A stretch of 64,000 nucleotides of DNA from contig OY969474.1 in the NCBI GenBank assembly GCA_963700145.1, forward strand, positions 5,216,001-5,280,000. The letters are read 5' to 3'. A program made the position numbers and the translations under genes. Below the pieces are notes generated by a model that worked only from the letters and a program-made list of their open reading frames with translations, was not told the DNA's origin and made no database searches. Shown here piece after piece: positions 54,563 to 64,000 of this stretch (the first letter of the stretch is position 1; each line of letters begins with the position of its first letter). This DNA is from an uncultured Acidobacteriota bacterium. Lineage in GTDB: Bacteria; Acidobacteriota; Thermoanaerobaculia; Multivoradales; UBA5704.

Positions 54563-55288
54563 TTGGCATGGGGCGTGCCTGTGCGGAACAGCGTGAAAGC
54601 CGCCGTCCTACTGGCCATGACCTTGGCGTGTGCCGCCGGCCCGATAGCCGCCGCCTCGCCCTCGCGCGGCTCGTCCGCGTCGCTCTCGGCGAGCGAGCGG
54701 AAGGCCGCCGAGCGCCGCCTGGTCGAGCTCGGCTACTGGGCCGGCCCGGTCGACGGCGTCTGGGACGAGTCCTCGCGCCAGGCGCTGGTCGCCTTCCAGA
54801 AGCTGGAGGGGCGGACCGCCACCGGGCGCCTCACCCGCGGCGATTGGCAGGCGCTCCAGGCCGCGGTGCCGCCCGTGCCGCGCGACAGCGCCGGCAATCA
54901 CCTGGAGGTGGACCTCGACCGGCAGGTGCTGCTCCTGGTGGACCACGAGGGGCGGGTGGGGAACGTCCTGCCGATCTCCTCGGGCACCGGCAAGCCCTTC
55001 TACGAAAAGCGCTGGGGGCGCGGCGTGGCGGTCACCCCCTGCGGCCGCTTCACCGTCTACCAGAAGCGGACCGGCTGGCACGAGAGCCTGCTCGGCATGA
55101 TGCACAACCCCATGTACCTGGTCGGCGGCATCGCCATCCACGGCAGCCACGACGTCCCGCCCCGCCCCGCGAGCCACGGCTGCATCCGCATCCCGATGTT
55201 CGCCTCCCAGCGGCTGACCCGCATGGTGCCGCTCGACACCCCGGTGTGGGTCTACGGCTGCGCGGACGAGAAGCGCGCGAAAAACTGA
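54563..55288 (+). CDS. L,D-transpeptidase (YkuD) with peptidoglycan-binding domain
   Basis: GPVDGVW...FQ PG-binding segment; AIHGS...ASHGCIR; start uncertain. Confidence 0.88.
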   Translation: MAWGVPVRNSVKAAVLLAMTLACAAGPIAAASPSRGSSASLSASERKAAERRLVELGYWAGPVDGVWDESSRQALVAFQKLEGRTATGRLTRGDWQALQAAVPPVPRDSAGNHLEVDLDRQVLLLVDHEGRVGNVLPISSGTGKPFYEKRWGRGVAVTPCGRFTVYQKRTGWHESLLGMMHNPMYLVGGIAIHGSHDVPPRPASHGCIRIPMFASQRLTRMVPLDTPVWVYGCADEKRAKN

Positions 55289-57028
55289 TCAGCCGCGCAG
55301 CGCGGCGGCGAAGATCCCCGGGAGCGCGAGCGGCGAGGGGTGCGCCTCGAAGCGGGTGAGGCGGGGGAAGAGCTCGTGCTGGCGGCGGTGGGTGATGAGC
55401 CAGGGGGGCTTGGGGAAGCCGCGAAAGGGCCCGCGCACGACGCTCTTCTCGACCCGCGAGAACATCAGCGTGTTGTGCACGACGCCGGTGCCGGACTGGA
55501 TGTCGCGCGCGGTGTGGCCGGGGTAGGCGCCCCAGGGGGGCGCGACCAGGGCGTAGCCCACCGCCGCCCAGTGGTTGAGCGAGACGGTGCCGTAGCGCAG
55601 GCCGGCGACCGCCCGGTCGAGCGCGTCGGCCATGCCCGGCTCCCTGAGGGTCGCGGGGTGGACGATGACCGTCGCGTTGAGCGTCCCCCAGAGCCGCTCG
55701 TTGCAGAAGGCGACCGCCCGCTCCAGGAACTCGGCCGCGCCGCCCGCCGGCAGCGCCGTCTCGCCGGCCAGGCCGCAGAAGGCCTCGGTGGTGAAGCAGA
55801 TCTCGTCGCGGCGCTCGGGGTCGAGGCCGGAGATGAGCGCCCAAGGGAGCCGCCCCTCGCCCTCCTTCCCGAACCGCTCGGCCTCCGGGTGCTCGCCGAC
55901 GAAAGTCCGCCAGCGCTCCGCCGCGCCGGGGTACCAGGCGCGGCGCGCCGGGGTGCTGGCGAGGAGGGCGCGCACGGCGTCGAGGAGCCGCCCGCGCCCC
56001 TCCCAATCGGCGTGCTGCACGACGACGCGCAGGGCGTTGCAGTTGAAGCCGGCGTTGGTAGCCAGCATCGTCGCCAGGTACTCGGCCTGGTAGGCGTGGT
56101 CGGCGTCGCTCCAGGGGCCGGGGACGACGATCACCGGGCTGACGTTTCCCAGCTCCGCGGTCACCGGTTTTTCGAGGAGCGGCGCGCCGCGCCGCTTGCG
56201 CTCCTCCCCTTCGGTGCCCGGCCCGAAGACGATCGCCTCGTAGGTGCGGTCCGAGCCGGTGATGTGGATCTCCTCGATCCCGGGGTGCCGGCAGAGGTAG
56301 GCTCCCTCGTCGGCGCCGCCGTGCACCAGCCGGAAGAAGCCGCGCTCGACGAGCGGCCGGAAGCCCTCTTCGAGGAGCGCCCCGAGGTGGGCGTTGGCGG
56401 GGTTGGTCTTGTAGACCACCACCCGGTCCTCGACGAACAGCTTGTAGAGCGCGTCCATCGGTCCGATCGAGGAGACGTTGCCGGCGCCGAGCACCAGGAC
56501 CACGCCCCCCGGCCGCTCCGCCGCGTGGTAGGCGACCGCCTGGGTCTCCGGCACCTCGGCCGCCGTGACGCCGGGCTGCATCCAGACCTCGGCGCGGACG
56601 CCGCCGTAGAGCAGGCGGTCCCAGACGTCGAGCGGGACGATGCCGGCGACGGCGCGGCTGTCGGGCCGGGTCCACACCCCGCCCGGGATGCGCGGCCGGC
56701 CGTGGCGCTCGATCTCCGCCAGCGACCGGGCGAGGAGCCGCAGGTTGCGCAGCACGAGCAGCGGCCCCATGAGCCACTCGACGCCGGTCGGCGGCGAGCC
56801 CGGCGCGAGCCCGGAGGCCGCCGAGGCGGCAGCGGCCCAGCGCTCCGCCACCGGCAGGAAGCTGCGGCGGAGCTCTTCGAGGAGGGCCCGCCGCTCGGCG
56901 ACGCCCACCCGCGGCCAGGCGGCCTTCTGGGCCTGGACGTCGGCGACGGCGCGGTCGAGCGCGGCGCGCGGGGTGGGCGCGGGGATGGGGGGCGCGGTCG
57001 GGGGAACGAGCGGTGTGGCGAGGGTCAT
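55289..57028 (-). CDS. aldehyde dehydrogenase family protein
   Basis: GAGN, HITGS, AELGNV, GFNC and EAF motifs. Confidence 0.85.
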   Translation of the reverse strand: MTLATPLVPPTAPPIPAPTPRAALDRAVADVQAQKAAWPRVGVAERRALLEELRRSFLPVAERWAAAASAASGLAPGSPPTGVEWLMGPLLVLRNLRLLARSLAEIERHGRPRIPGGVWTRPDSRAVAGIVPLDVWDRLLYGGVRAEVWMQPGVTAAEVPETQAVAYHAAERPGGVVLVLGAGNVSSIGPMDALYKLFVEDRVVVYKTNPANAHLGALLEEGFRPLVERGFFRLVHGGADEGAYLCRHPGIEEIHITGSDRTYEAIVFGPGTEGEERKRRGAPLLEKPVTAELGNVSPVIVVPGPWSDADHAYQAEYLATMLATNAGFNCNALRVVVQHADWEGRGRLLDAVRALLASTPARRAWYPGAAERWRTFVGEHPEAERFGKEGEGRLPWALISGLDPERRDEICFTTEAFCGLAGETALPAGGAAEFLERAVAFCNERLWGTLNATVIVHPATLREPGMADALDRAVAGLRYGTVSLNHWAAVGYALVAPPWGAYPGHTARDIQSGTGVVHNTLMFSRVEKSVVRGPFRGFPKPPWLITHRRQHELFPRLTRFEAHPSPLALPGIFAAALRG

Positions 57029-57071
57029 GACGTGCAGGAGTTGCTGAACCTACCAGAAGACCTTGATCTGA

Positions 57072-58571
57072 TTGATACTCTCTCCCCGCTTGCCCCGCCT
57101 TCTAGCCGCCGCCTGTCTGGCCTTCGCCGCCGTGGCGGGCACCCTCCGCCTCCGCGCCTACGACACCTTCTGGCACCTGGCCGCCGGGCGGTGGATCTTG
57201 GAGCACGGCCGGGTGCCGCGGGTCGATCCCTTCCGGTTCACGTCCGAGAGCACGCCGTGGGTGGACCATGAATGGTTGTTTCAAGTGGGGATCGCGGCGC
57301 TGGAGCGGGTGGGCGGGCTGCCGGCGCTGGTGGTGGCGCGGACGCTCCTGGTCGTCGGGATCGCGGCACTTCTCCTCCGCGAGCTGCGGCGCGCCGGGGC
57401 GCCGCTCGCGGGGGCGGTGCTCGTGGTGGTCGTCGCCGTGCTCGGCGCGCGCGGGCGCTTCTTCCTGCGGCCGGAGCTGGCAAGCCTTGCGGGCGTCGTG
57501 CTGCTGCTGGCGTTCCTCCAGCGGTTGCGCCGGCGGGGGAGCGCCGGCTGGCGCGACGCGCTTCTCCTCGCCGGCCTCGTCGCGGTGTGGGTGAACCTCC
57601 ACCCCGGCGCGCTACTGGCGCCGCCCCTCGTCGCCGTCTACCTCCTCGGCGCGCGCTTCCCCTGGCGGGCCGCGCTCGGGCTGCCGGCGGTTGCCGCCCT
57701 CGCCCTCCTCGCCAACCCCTACGGCGCGAGGGTCTTCTCCGTCCCCTTCGGCATCGCCGCCGGCCTGCGCGGCCTGCCGGCCGTCAACCCGGAGTGGCTG
57801 CCCGTCTGGCGGGCGCCGCTGCCCTACCTGCTCTTTGGCGCGGCGGCGCTCGCCGCCCTCGCGGCGATCACCGCCGCGCGCACGCGCCGGCTCGACGCGG
57901 CGACCGGGCTCGTCACGCTCCTCCTCGCCGCCCTCGCCGCGACCGCCGTCCGCCATCAGGGGCTCTTCTTCCTCGGCGCCGCGTTCTTCGCCGGGGAGTG
58001 CCTCGCCGACCTGCGGCGCGCGGCGCCGTCACCGCGGCGCGCGCGCCCGGTCCTCTGGCAGGCCGCCGCCCTCGCCGCCTGCGTCCTCGCCGCCGCCTGG
58101 TGCGTCCGGCCGCCGGCTTCGGGTCCGCTGCGGCCGCGCCAGGGGCGCCTCGTGCCGGGGCTCGGCCTCGAGCCGGGGCGGTTTCCCGAGAAGGCCGTGG
58201 ACGTCCTCGAGCGCCGCCGCGGCGTCGGCAACCTCTACAACGACGTGGCCTTCGGGGGATACCTGCTCTGGCGGCTCTACCCGCCGCGGAAAGTGTTCAT
58301 CGACGCGCGCAACGAGGTCCGCCCCGACCTGCTGCACGAGGTGGCGCGGGCCCGCGCCGACGAGCGCGCGTGGCAGGAGCTGCTCGACCGCTACGCCATC
58401 GACGCCGCGTTGGTGCGCAACGACCGCCGCCTGCGCCCGCTCGTCACCTTCGACGAGGCCGGCCGGCCGGTGCGCGTCGAGTACCACACCGCCACCGACC
58501 TCCTCTTCCCGCCCGACCGCTTCGCCAAGGTCTACGAGGACGACCTGGCGGTGCTCTTCGAGCGGCGCTGA
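57072..58571 (+). CDS. multi-pass membrane protein (possible GT-C fold)
   Basis: DTFWHLAAGRWI, WVDHEWL, RPE, WVNLH, NPYG and FGGYL motifs; many TM helices. Confidence 0.7.
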   Translation: MILSPRLPRLLAAACLAFAAVAGTLRLRAYDTFWHLAAGRWILEHGRVPRVDPFRFTSESTPWVDHEWLFQVGIAALERVGGLPALVVARTLLVVGIAALLLRELRRAGAPLAGAVLVVVVAVLGARGRFFLRPELASLAGVVLLLAFLQRLRRRGSAGWRDALLLAGLVAVWVNLHPGALLAPPLVAVYLLGARFPWRAALGLPAVAALALLANPYGARVFSVPFGIAAGLRGLPAVNPEWLPVWRAPLPYLLFGAAALAALAAITAARTRRLDAATGLVTLLLAALAATAVRHQGLFFLGAAFFAGECLADLRRAAPSPRRARPVLWQAAALAACVLAAAWCVRPPASGPLRPRQGRLVPGLGLEPGRFPEKAVDVLERRRGVGNLYNDVAFGGYLLWRLYPPRKVFIDARNEVRPDLLHEVARARADERAWQELLDRYAIDAALVRNDRRLRPLVTFDEAGRPVRVEYHTATDLLFPPDRFAKVYEDDLAVLFERR

Positions 58572-58585
58572 GCCCGAAGAGAAAA

Positions 58586-58611
58586 CGCCCGGGACGTGGC
58601 CCGGGCGCTAC
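58586..58611 (-). repeat. GTAG REP family B copy
   Basis: Minus strand GTAGCGCCCGGGCCACGTCCCGGGCG; its TAG is the PspC-gene stop. Confidence 0.8.
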
Positions 58612-58814
58612 GCCGCCGCGGCCGGTTCTTGCGGCGTCTTGCGCAGGACGATCCAGAGCAGGATGTAGACGATCGTCCCCGGGAACCCCGCCGAGCAGAG
58701 GGAGAGCAGGACGTAGAGGATCCGCACCGTCGTCGGCCTCCAGCCCAGCCAGTCGGCGATCCCGCCGCAGACTCCGCCGAGGATCTTGTGTCGTCGTGAA
58801 CGATGGAGCGGCAT
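58608..58814 (-). CDS. PspC-domain protein
   Basis: LHRSRRHKILGGVCGGIADW...YILLWIVL. Confidence 0.88.
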   Translation of the reverse strand: MPLHRSRRHKILGGVCGGIADWLGWRPTTVRILYVLLSLCSAGFPGTIVYILLWIVLRKTPQEPAAAA

Positions 58815-58841
58815 CGGAACCTCCTCTCGCTCCCGGCGAGC

Positions 58842-60188
58842 CTAGGCCTCGGCCGGCACGGCCGGGACCTCTTCCTCGCGAATGCGCCGGCGGACGAGCG
58901 GCAGCAGGGCGAGCCCGGGCAGCGCCAGGAGAGCGGTGATCAGGAAGTAGGTGTCGTAGCCGAGCCGCTCGACGCCGATGCCGGAGAACGCCCCCGCCAC
59001 GTCGCGCCCAAGCGAGAAGGTGGCGGTGAGGAGAGCGAACTGCGTCGCCGCGTGCTCGCGGTCGCAGAGGTTCATCAGGAAGGAGAGGAAGGCCGCGGTG
59101 CCCAGCCCCTGGGTGAACGACTCGATGACCGAGGCGCCGTAGATGCTCTGGCGCGGCAGGTCGAAGGCCGCCACCGCCACGTAGCCGAAGTTCGAGACCA
59201 GTTGCGCGACACCGAACCAGAGCAGGGCGCGGAAGATGCCCTTTCGCTTGATGTACCAGCCCCCGAGGAGGGCGCCGGCGATGGTGAGCGCCACGCCGAG
59301 GGTCGAGGAGATCCAGCCGATCTCCTGCGGGCTGAGCCCCTTGTCCACCCAGAAGGGCTCGATCATCCGCCCCATCGAGTTGTCGCCGAGCTTGTAGAGG
59401 AGGCCGAAGAGGAGCACCGGCACCATCTCGGCGCGCAGCGCCCAGCGCAGGACGGTGGCGTCGAGGAAGGAGGCGACGAGGAGGGTCGCGGCGACGACAG
59501 CGAGGGTGATCCAGAGCGCCCCCCAGTCCTTCAGGTAGGCCATGTAGAGCAGCGCGGCGCTGAGCACGAGGAGGACCAGGCGTGCGGTCCAGAACTCGCT
59601 CGCCTGGCGCGCGGTCGGCGCGGGGCGCTCGCGCGGCACCCGCGGCGAGAGGAAGGCGACGACCGCCATCGCCACGAAGAGGACGGCGGCGCCGAGCCAG
59701 AGCAGCCGCCAGGGGAAGTAGTCGGCGAGGATCAGCATCAGCCCGCCGCTCGCCAGGAGGGCGGCGCGGTAGGCGGCCACCCGTGCGCCGTTGATCGGGC
59801 CGCTGTCGGCGGGGGTGGCCACGTCCACGGCGTAGCCGTCGATCGCGATGTCCTGGGTCGCCGAAGCGAGGGTGAAGGCGAGGAGGACGACCCACAGCCG
59901 CCAGTCGGTCTGCGACGGGTCGAGGACGAGCAGCGCCACGGTGATGCCGACGAGGGCCATCTCGGCCGCGGCGATCCAGGTCTGGCGCGTGCCGTAGCGG
60001 TCGACGAACGGCGCCCAGGCCGCCTTGATCGTGTAGGGGAGGAAGAGCAGCGACATCAGGCCGATGTCGCGCAGCTCGACGCCGTGCAGCCGGAAGTAGA
60101 CCGGCCAGACCTTGTAGGCAATGCCGAAGGGGAAGCCTTCGGCGAAGTAGAGCAGCGAGATCCAGTAGAGCTTGCGCCGCAGGTCCAT
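58842..60188 (-). CDS. ampG: AmpG-like MFS permease
   Basis: LYFAEGFP, WAPFVD, SATQDIAIDGY, YKLGD and ATQFALL motifs. Confidence 0.8.
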   Translation of the reverse strand: MDLRRKLYWISLLYFAEGFPFGIAYKVWPVYFRLHGVELRDIGLMSLLFLPYTIKAAWAPFVDRYGTRQTWIAAAEMALVGITVALLVLDPSQTDWRLWVVLLAFTLASATQDIAIDGYAVDVATPADSGPINGARVAAYRAALLASGGLMLILADYFPWRLLWLGAAVLFVAMAVVAFLSPRVPRERPAPTARQASEFWTARLVLLVLSAALLYMAYLKDWGALWITLAVVAATLLVASFLDATVLRWALRAEMVPVLLFGLLYKLGDNSMGRMIEPFWVDKGLSPQEIGWISSTLGVALTIAGALLGGWYIKRKGIFRALLWFGVAQLVSNFGYVAVAAFDLPRQSIYGASVIESFTQGLGTAAFLSFLMNLCDREHAATQFALLTATFSLGRDVAGAFSGIGVERLGYDTYFLITALLALPGLALLPLVRRRIREEEVPAVPAEA

Positions 60189-60257
60189 GCGCGCGGAGTG
60201 TATCGCCGCGCGCCGCGGTGCTACTCTCGGGGGCCGAACCGATCAGGAGGGAGCAGG

Positions 60258-61211
60258 ATGGCCGCCACCCAGAGCATCCCGACCGTCGATCTCAGCGACT
60301 ACGCCTCCGGCGACGCCGCGACCCGCGACCGCTTCGTCCGCACCCTGGGCGACGGGCTGCGCGAGTTCGGCTTCCTCAACGTCGAGGGGCACGGCGTCGA
60401 GCAGCAGCTCATCCGCCGCGTCTACGACCTCTGGCGACAGTTCTTCGAGCTCGACAACGCCACCAAACAGCAGTACGACCAGAAGCGCGGCGGCGCCCGC
60501 GGCTACACCGCCTTCGGCGTCGAGCACGCCAAGGACAACCCGCACCCGGACTTGAAGGAGTTCTGGCACGTCGGCCAGGAGCCGCGCGACGGCAAGCCGC
60601 TCCCGTCCGACTACCCGGCGAACGTCTGGCCGTCCGAGGTGCCCGAGCTGCGCGAGCCGATGGTCCGCCTCTACCGCCGCCTCGAGGACGTGGCCGCCGA
60701 CCTGCTGCGCGCCCTCGCCGACTACTTCGAGCTGCCGCGTGAGACCTTCGCCGGCATGATGGACTTCGGCAACAGCATCCTGCGCGTCATCCACTACCCG
60801 GTGGTGCCGCAGGGGGTGGAGCCCGGCGCCGTGCGCGCCGCCGCGCACGAGGACATCAACCTGATCACGCTGCTCTGCGAGTCGACCGACTCGGGGCTCG
60901 AGATCCTCTCCCGCGAGGGGGAGTGGCTGCCGGTGCAGTCCGGGCCCGGGCAGATCGTGGTCGACGCCGGCGACATGCTGTCGCGCGTCACCAACGAAGT
61001 GGTGCCGGCGACGACGCACCGGGTCGTTAACCCACCGGACGGCTCGGGGCGCGAGCGCTACTCGATGCCCTTCTTCGTCCACCCCTACTCCGACTGCGAC
61101 CTGACGATCCTGCCGCGCTTCGTCTCCGAGGACCGGCCCCCGAAGTACCCGCCGATCACCGCCGGCGCGTTCCTGGAGGAGCGGCTGCGGGAGATCGGGC
61201 TCAAGAAGTAG
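60258..61211 (+). CDS. 2-oxoglutarate/Fe(II) dioxygenase, isopenicillin N synthase family
   Basis: IPTVDL, HEDIN, THRV and RYSMPFF motifs. Confidence 0.92.
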   Translation: MAATQSIPTVDLSDYASGDAATRDRFVRTLGDGLREFGFLNVEGHGVEQQLIRRVYDLWRQFFELDNATKQQYDQKRGGARGYTAFGVEHAKDNPHPDLKEFWHVGQEPRDGKPLPSDYPANVWPSEVPELREPMVRLYRRLEDVAADLLRALADYFELPRETFAGMMDFGNSILRVIHYPVVPQGVEPGAVRAAAHEDINLITLLCESTDSGLEILSREGEWLPVQSGPGQIVVDAGDMLSRVTNEVVPATTHRVVNPPDGSGRERYSMPFFVHPYSDCDLTILPRFVSEDRPPKYPPITAGAFLEERLREIGLKK

Positions 61212-61222
61212 CGGGAGGCCGC

Positions 61223-62053
61223 GTGGAGGACCCGGGGCGCCCGCGCATCCGGCCGCCGGCCGTCGCCGGGAGCTTCTACCCCGCGGATCCCGAGACGCTG
61301 CGCGCGACGGTCGAGGAGCTGCTCGACGACGCCGAGCGCGCCGCCCCCGCCGCCCGCTCCGGCCCGCCTCCCAAGGCGGTCATCGCCCCCCACGCCGGCT
61401 ACGTCTACTCGGGCCCCGTCGCCGCGACCGCGTTCCGTGCGCTGGCGGCGCGGCGCGCGCCGCCGCAGAAGATCGTGCTGATCGGCCCCTCTCATCGTGT
61501 GCCGGTGCGCGGCCTGGCGCTGCCGGGATCCGAGATGCTGGCGACGCCGCTCGGCGTGATCCCGATCGACCGCGAAGGGGCGGGCGCGGCGCTGCGGCTG
61601 CCGCAGGTCCTAGTGCAGCCCGAGGCGCACGCCCGCGAGCACTCGCTGGAGGTCGAGCTGCCGTTCCTGCAGCTCCTCTTCCCGGAGGCCGAGGTGCTGC
61701 CCCTGGTCGTCGGCGGGGCGAGCCCCGAGGAAGTGGCGGAGGTCCTGGAGCGGGTGTGGGGCGGGGAGGAGACGGTCGTCGTCGTCAGCTCCGACCTCTC
61801 GCACTACCTGCCGTACGACGAGGCGCGCGAGGTGGACGCGGCGACGGCGCGGCAGGTCGTGGCGCTCGCCGGGCCGCTCGCTCCCGACCAGGCGTGCGGC
61901 GCGCGGGCGATCAACGGCCTGCTGATGGCGGCGCGGCGGCGCGGGTTGGCGGCCGAGCTGCTGGATCTGCGGAGCTCCGGGGACACCGCCGGGCCGCGAG
62001 ACCAGGTGGTGGGGTACGGGGCGTTCGGGTTTTCTTCCTTGGAGGCGGCGTGA
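61223..62053 (+). CDS. amrB: AmmeMemoRadiSam system protein B (MEMO1 family)
   Basis: RPPAVAGSFYP, PHAGYVYSG, EHSLEV, SSDLSHY and VVGYGA motifs. Confidence 0.92.
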   Translation: MEDPGRPRIRPPAVAGSFYPADPETLRATVEELLDDAERAAPAARSGPPPKAVIAPHAGYVYSGPVAATAFRALAARRAPPQKIVLIGPSHRVPVRGLALPGSEMLATPLGVIPIDREGAGAALRLPQVLVQPEAHAREHSLEVELPFLQLLFPEAEVLPLVVGGASPEEVAEVLERVWGGEETVVVVSSDLSHYLPYDEAREVDAATARQVVALAGPLAPDQACGARAINGLLMAARRRGLAAELLDLRSSGDTAGPRDQVVGYGAFGFSSLEAA

Positions 62054-62634
62054 GCCGCGTGCGCGAGGTGGTGGAGCCGCTGGCCGCGCCGGACGCCGCG
62101 GCGCGCGGGCGCCTTCTCCTGGCGCTCGCCCGCGCGGCGATCGAGGAGGCGCTCGGCGCCGGCCTCTGCGCGGTCTGCGACGAGCCCTGGTTGCGCGAGC
62201 CCGGCGCCTGCTTCGTCACCCTACGGCTCGACGGCCTGCTGCGCGGCTGCGTCGGCTCGGTGCGCGCCGTCCGCCCGCTCGGCGAGGACGTGCGCGCCAA
62301 CGCCCGTGCCGCCGCGCTCGACGATCCGCGCTTCCCGCCGCTGCGCGCGGCCGAGCTGGCGGGGCTCGCGGTCGAGCTGTCGCTGCTCTCGCCGCTCGAG
62401 CCGCTGCCGGCGGCGACCGAGGAGGCGCTCCTCGCCGCCCTCCGGCCCGGCGCCGACGGCATCGTCCTCGAGCTCGGCAGCTTCCGCGCCACGTTCCTGC
62501 CGCAGGTCTGGGAGCAGGTCCCCGAGCCGCGCCAGTTCCTCGCCGCGCTCAAGCAGAAGGCCGGCGTGCCGCAAGGCTGGTGGGGGAGCGGCGCCCGCGC
62601 CTGGCGCTACGAGGTGACCAAGTGGAGCGAGTGA
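62050..62634 (+). CDS. amrA: AmmeMemoRadiSam system protein A (AMMECR1 family)
   Basis: CFVTL...LRGCVG, DPRFPPL, ATFLPQVW and LKQKAG motifs. Confidence 0.92.
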   Translation: MSRVREVVEPLAAPDAAARGRLLLALARAAIEEALGAGLCAVCDEPWLREPGACFVTLRLDGLLRGCVGSVRAVRPLGEDVRANARAAALDDPRFPPLRAAELAGLAVELSLLSPLEPLPAATEEALLAALRPGADGIVLELGSFRATFLPQVWEQVPEPRQFLAALKQKAGVPQGWWGSGARAWRYEVTKWSE

Positions 62635-64000
62635 AGCGCCAGCGCGCCGCGGCGGCGCTCCTCCTCGCCGTCGCCGCGCCGCCCCCGCCATCCCCGCCGG
62701 TGTCCCCGATACCGCGCGGCGAGGTGGTGCCGAAGATCGTCTGCGCCGCCGATCCGACGACCTCTTACGCCCTCTACCTCCCCAAGGCCTACACCCCCGA
62801 GCGGAAGTGGCCGGTGATCTACGTCTTCGACTCGCGCGGCATTCCGATGGACCGCGAGATGATCGAGCTCTTCCGCGCCGGCGCCGAGCGCTACGGCTGG
62901 GTGGTGGCGAGCGCCAACGAGTCCACGACTCTGGGGACGATGGACGCCAACATCCAGCGCATGCGCTCGATGTGGGTGGACACCCACGCCCGCCTCGCCC
63001 TCGACGACCGCCGCGTCTACGGCTACGGCTTCTCGGGGCTGAGCCGCACCGTCGTCACCCTCGCCTTGGCCGCGCCCGGCACCTTCCACGGCGTCATCGG
63101 CGCGCAGGGCGGCTTCCCCGGCGCGCGCCCGCCTGCGGCGAAAGAGCAGGCGCTTTCCTTCTTCGGCACCGTCGGCGACCGCGACTTCAACTACTACGAG
63201 ATGCTGGAGCTCGATGCGCGCCTCGAAGAGCTGGGCGTGCCGCACCGCATCGAGGTCTTCGACGGCAGCCACGAGTGGCCGCCGGAGGAGCTGGTGACTT
63301 TGGGGATGGGGTGGCTGGAGCTGCTGGCGATGCGCGACGGGCGGCGCGCGCCCGACGCGGCCGTCGTCGAGCCGCTCTGGAGCGCCGACCTCGCCAAGGC
63401 GCGCGAGCACGAGGCGGCGGGGCGGTTGTGGGCCGCCTGGCGGGCCTACAAGGCGCTCGCCGCCGACTACCGCGGCCTGCGCGACACCGCCGACCCCGAG
63501 CGCAAGGCCGCCGAGCTGGGCAGGAGCGAAGCGCTGCAGCGCGACCTGCGTGAGCGCGCGCGGCGCGACCAGCGCGACCGCGAGGCGCTGGTGCGCGCGC
63601 CGGCCGCCTTCGAGGCGGCGGGTTTGGAGCCGCGGCCCGGCGGCGTCCAGAAGCTCCTCGCCGACCTCGACGTGCCGCAGCTCCAGGCGCGCAAGGCGGC
63701 GAACGACGCGGAGGAGCGCAAGTCCGCCGAGCGCGTCCTCTACGCCCACTACATGCAGGCCGGGATCTACCTCCCGCGGGCGGCGATGGCGGCGGGGCAA
63801 TGGGACCGCGCCATCCTCTTCCTGCAGACCGCCGCTGCGATCAACCCCGAGAGCCCGCGCATCCCTTATCGCCTCGCCACCGCCTGGGCCGGCAAGGGCG
63901 ACCGCGACCAGGCCTTCGCCGCGCTCGCCCAGGCCGTCGCCATGCGCGGCACGACGCCCGCGGAGCTGGAGTCCGACCCCGGCCTCGCCCCGCTGCGCGG
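62631..64000 (+). CDS. exported alpha/beta hydrolase with C-terminal TPR-like region (runs off window)
   Basis: Manual translation from GTG 62631: SYALYLPKAY..KWPVIYVFD, GFSG, FDGSHEW and a helical repeat tail. Confidence 0.75.
   Translation, partial: MKRQRAAAALLLAVAAPPPPSPPVSPIPRGEVVPKIVCAADPTTSYALYLPKAYTPERKWPVIYVFDSRGIPMDREMIELFRAGAERYGWVVASANESTTLGTMDANIQRMRSMWVDTHARLALDDRRVYGYGFSGLSRTVVTLALAAPGTFHGVIGAQGGFPGARPPAAKEQALSFFGTVGDRDFNYYEMLELDARLEELGVPHRIEVFDGSHEWPPEELVTLGMGWLELLAMRDGRRAPDAAVVEPLWSADLAKAREHEAAGRLWAAWRAYKALAADYRGLRDTADPERKAAELGRSEALQRDLRERARRDQRDREALVRAPAAFEAAGLEPRPGGVQKLLADLDVPQLQARKAANDAEERKSAERVLYAHYMQAGIYLPRAAMAAGQWDRAILFLQTAAAINPESPRIPYRLATAWAGKGDRDQAFAALAQAVAMRGTTPAELESDPGLAPLR

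Noticed and set aside
60258-61211. Beta-lactam biosynthesis (isopenicillin N synthase)
   Set aside because: Family-level similarity only; no ACV synthetase or other cluster genes nearby.

Overview
This is a very high-GC bacterial window; gene content suggests Acidobacteriota (Thermoanaerobaculia-like), which is an inference. Housekeeping blocks are kdsB-pyrG-kdsA, an aroD-aroE fusion, trpEGDCFBA, an M16 peptidase pair, polX, msrB, ligA, envelope genes, ampG and AmmeMemoRadiSam A/B. Two lower-GC accessory regions interrupt them: 3.4-6.9 kb (HNH protein, frameshifted AbiEii-like gene, PIN TA pair) and 34-48 kb. Main observations: (1) 34-48 kb looks like three stacked versions of one locus, each bounded by degenerate copies of the 3' ends of the flanking vapC and site-2-protease genes but carrying different cargo. 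(2) That cargo includes an integron-type attC cassette without an integrase, an IS110 relic that keeps its likely bridge-RNA end, and an approximately 1153-aa membrane/lipase/GNAT gene split by an IS5 element. (3) A candidate sigma-54 general-stress regulon has six -24/-12 sites and sits beside an NtrC-type activator and a sensor-less, ChpT-like phosphotransfer protein. (4) Two REP-like families repeatedly supply stop codons, and one doublet leaves trpC without a stop at its expected end. (5) There are two 21-bp-period tandem arrays and a Trm11-like methyltransferase. No rRNA, tRNA or CRISPR array was recognised. All calls come from motif recognition by eye; no searches were run.
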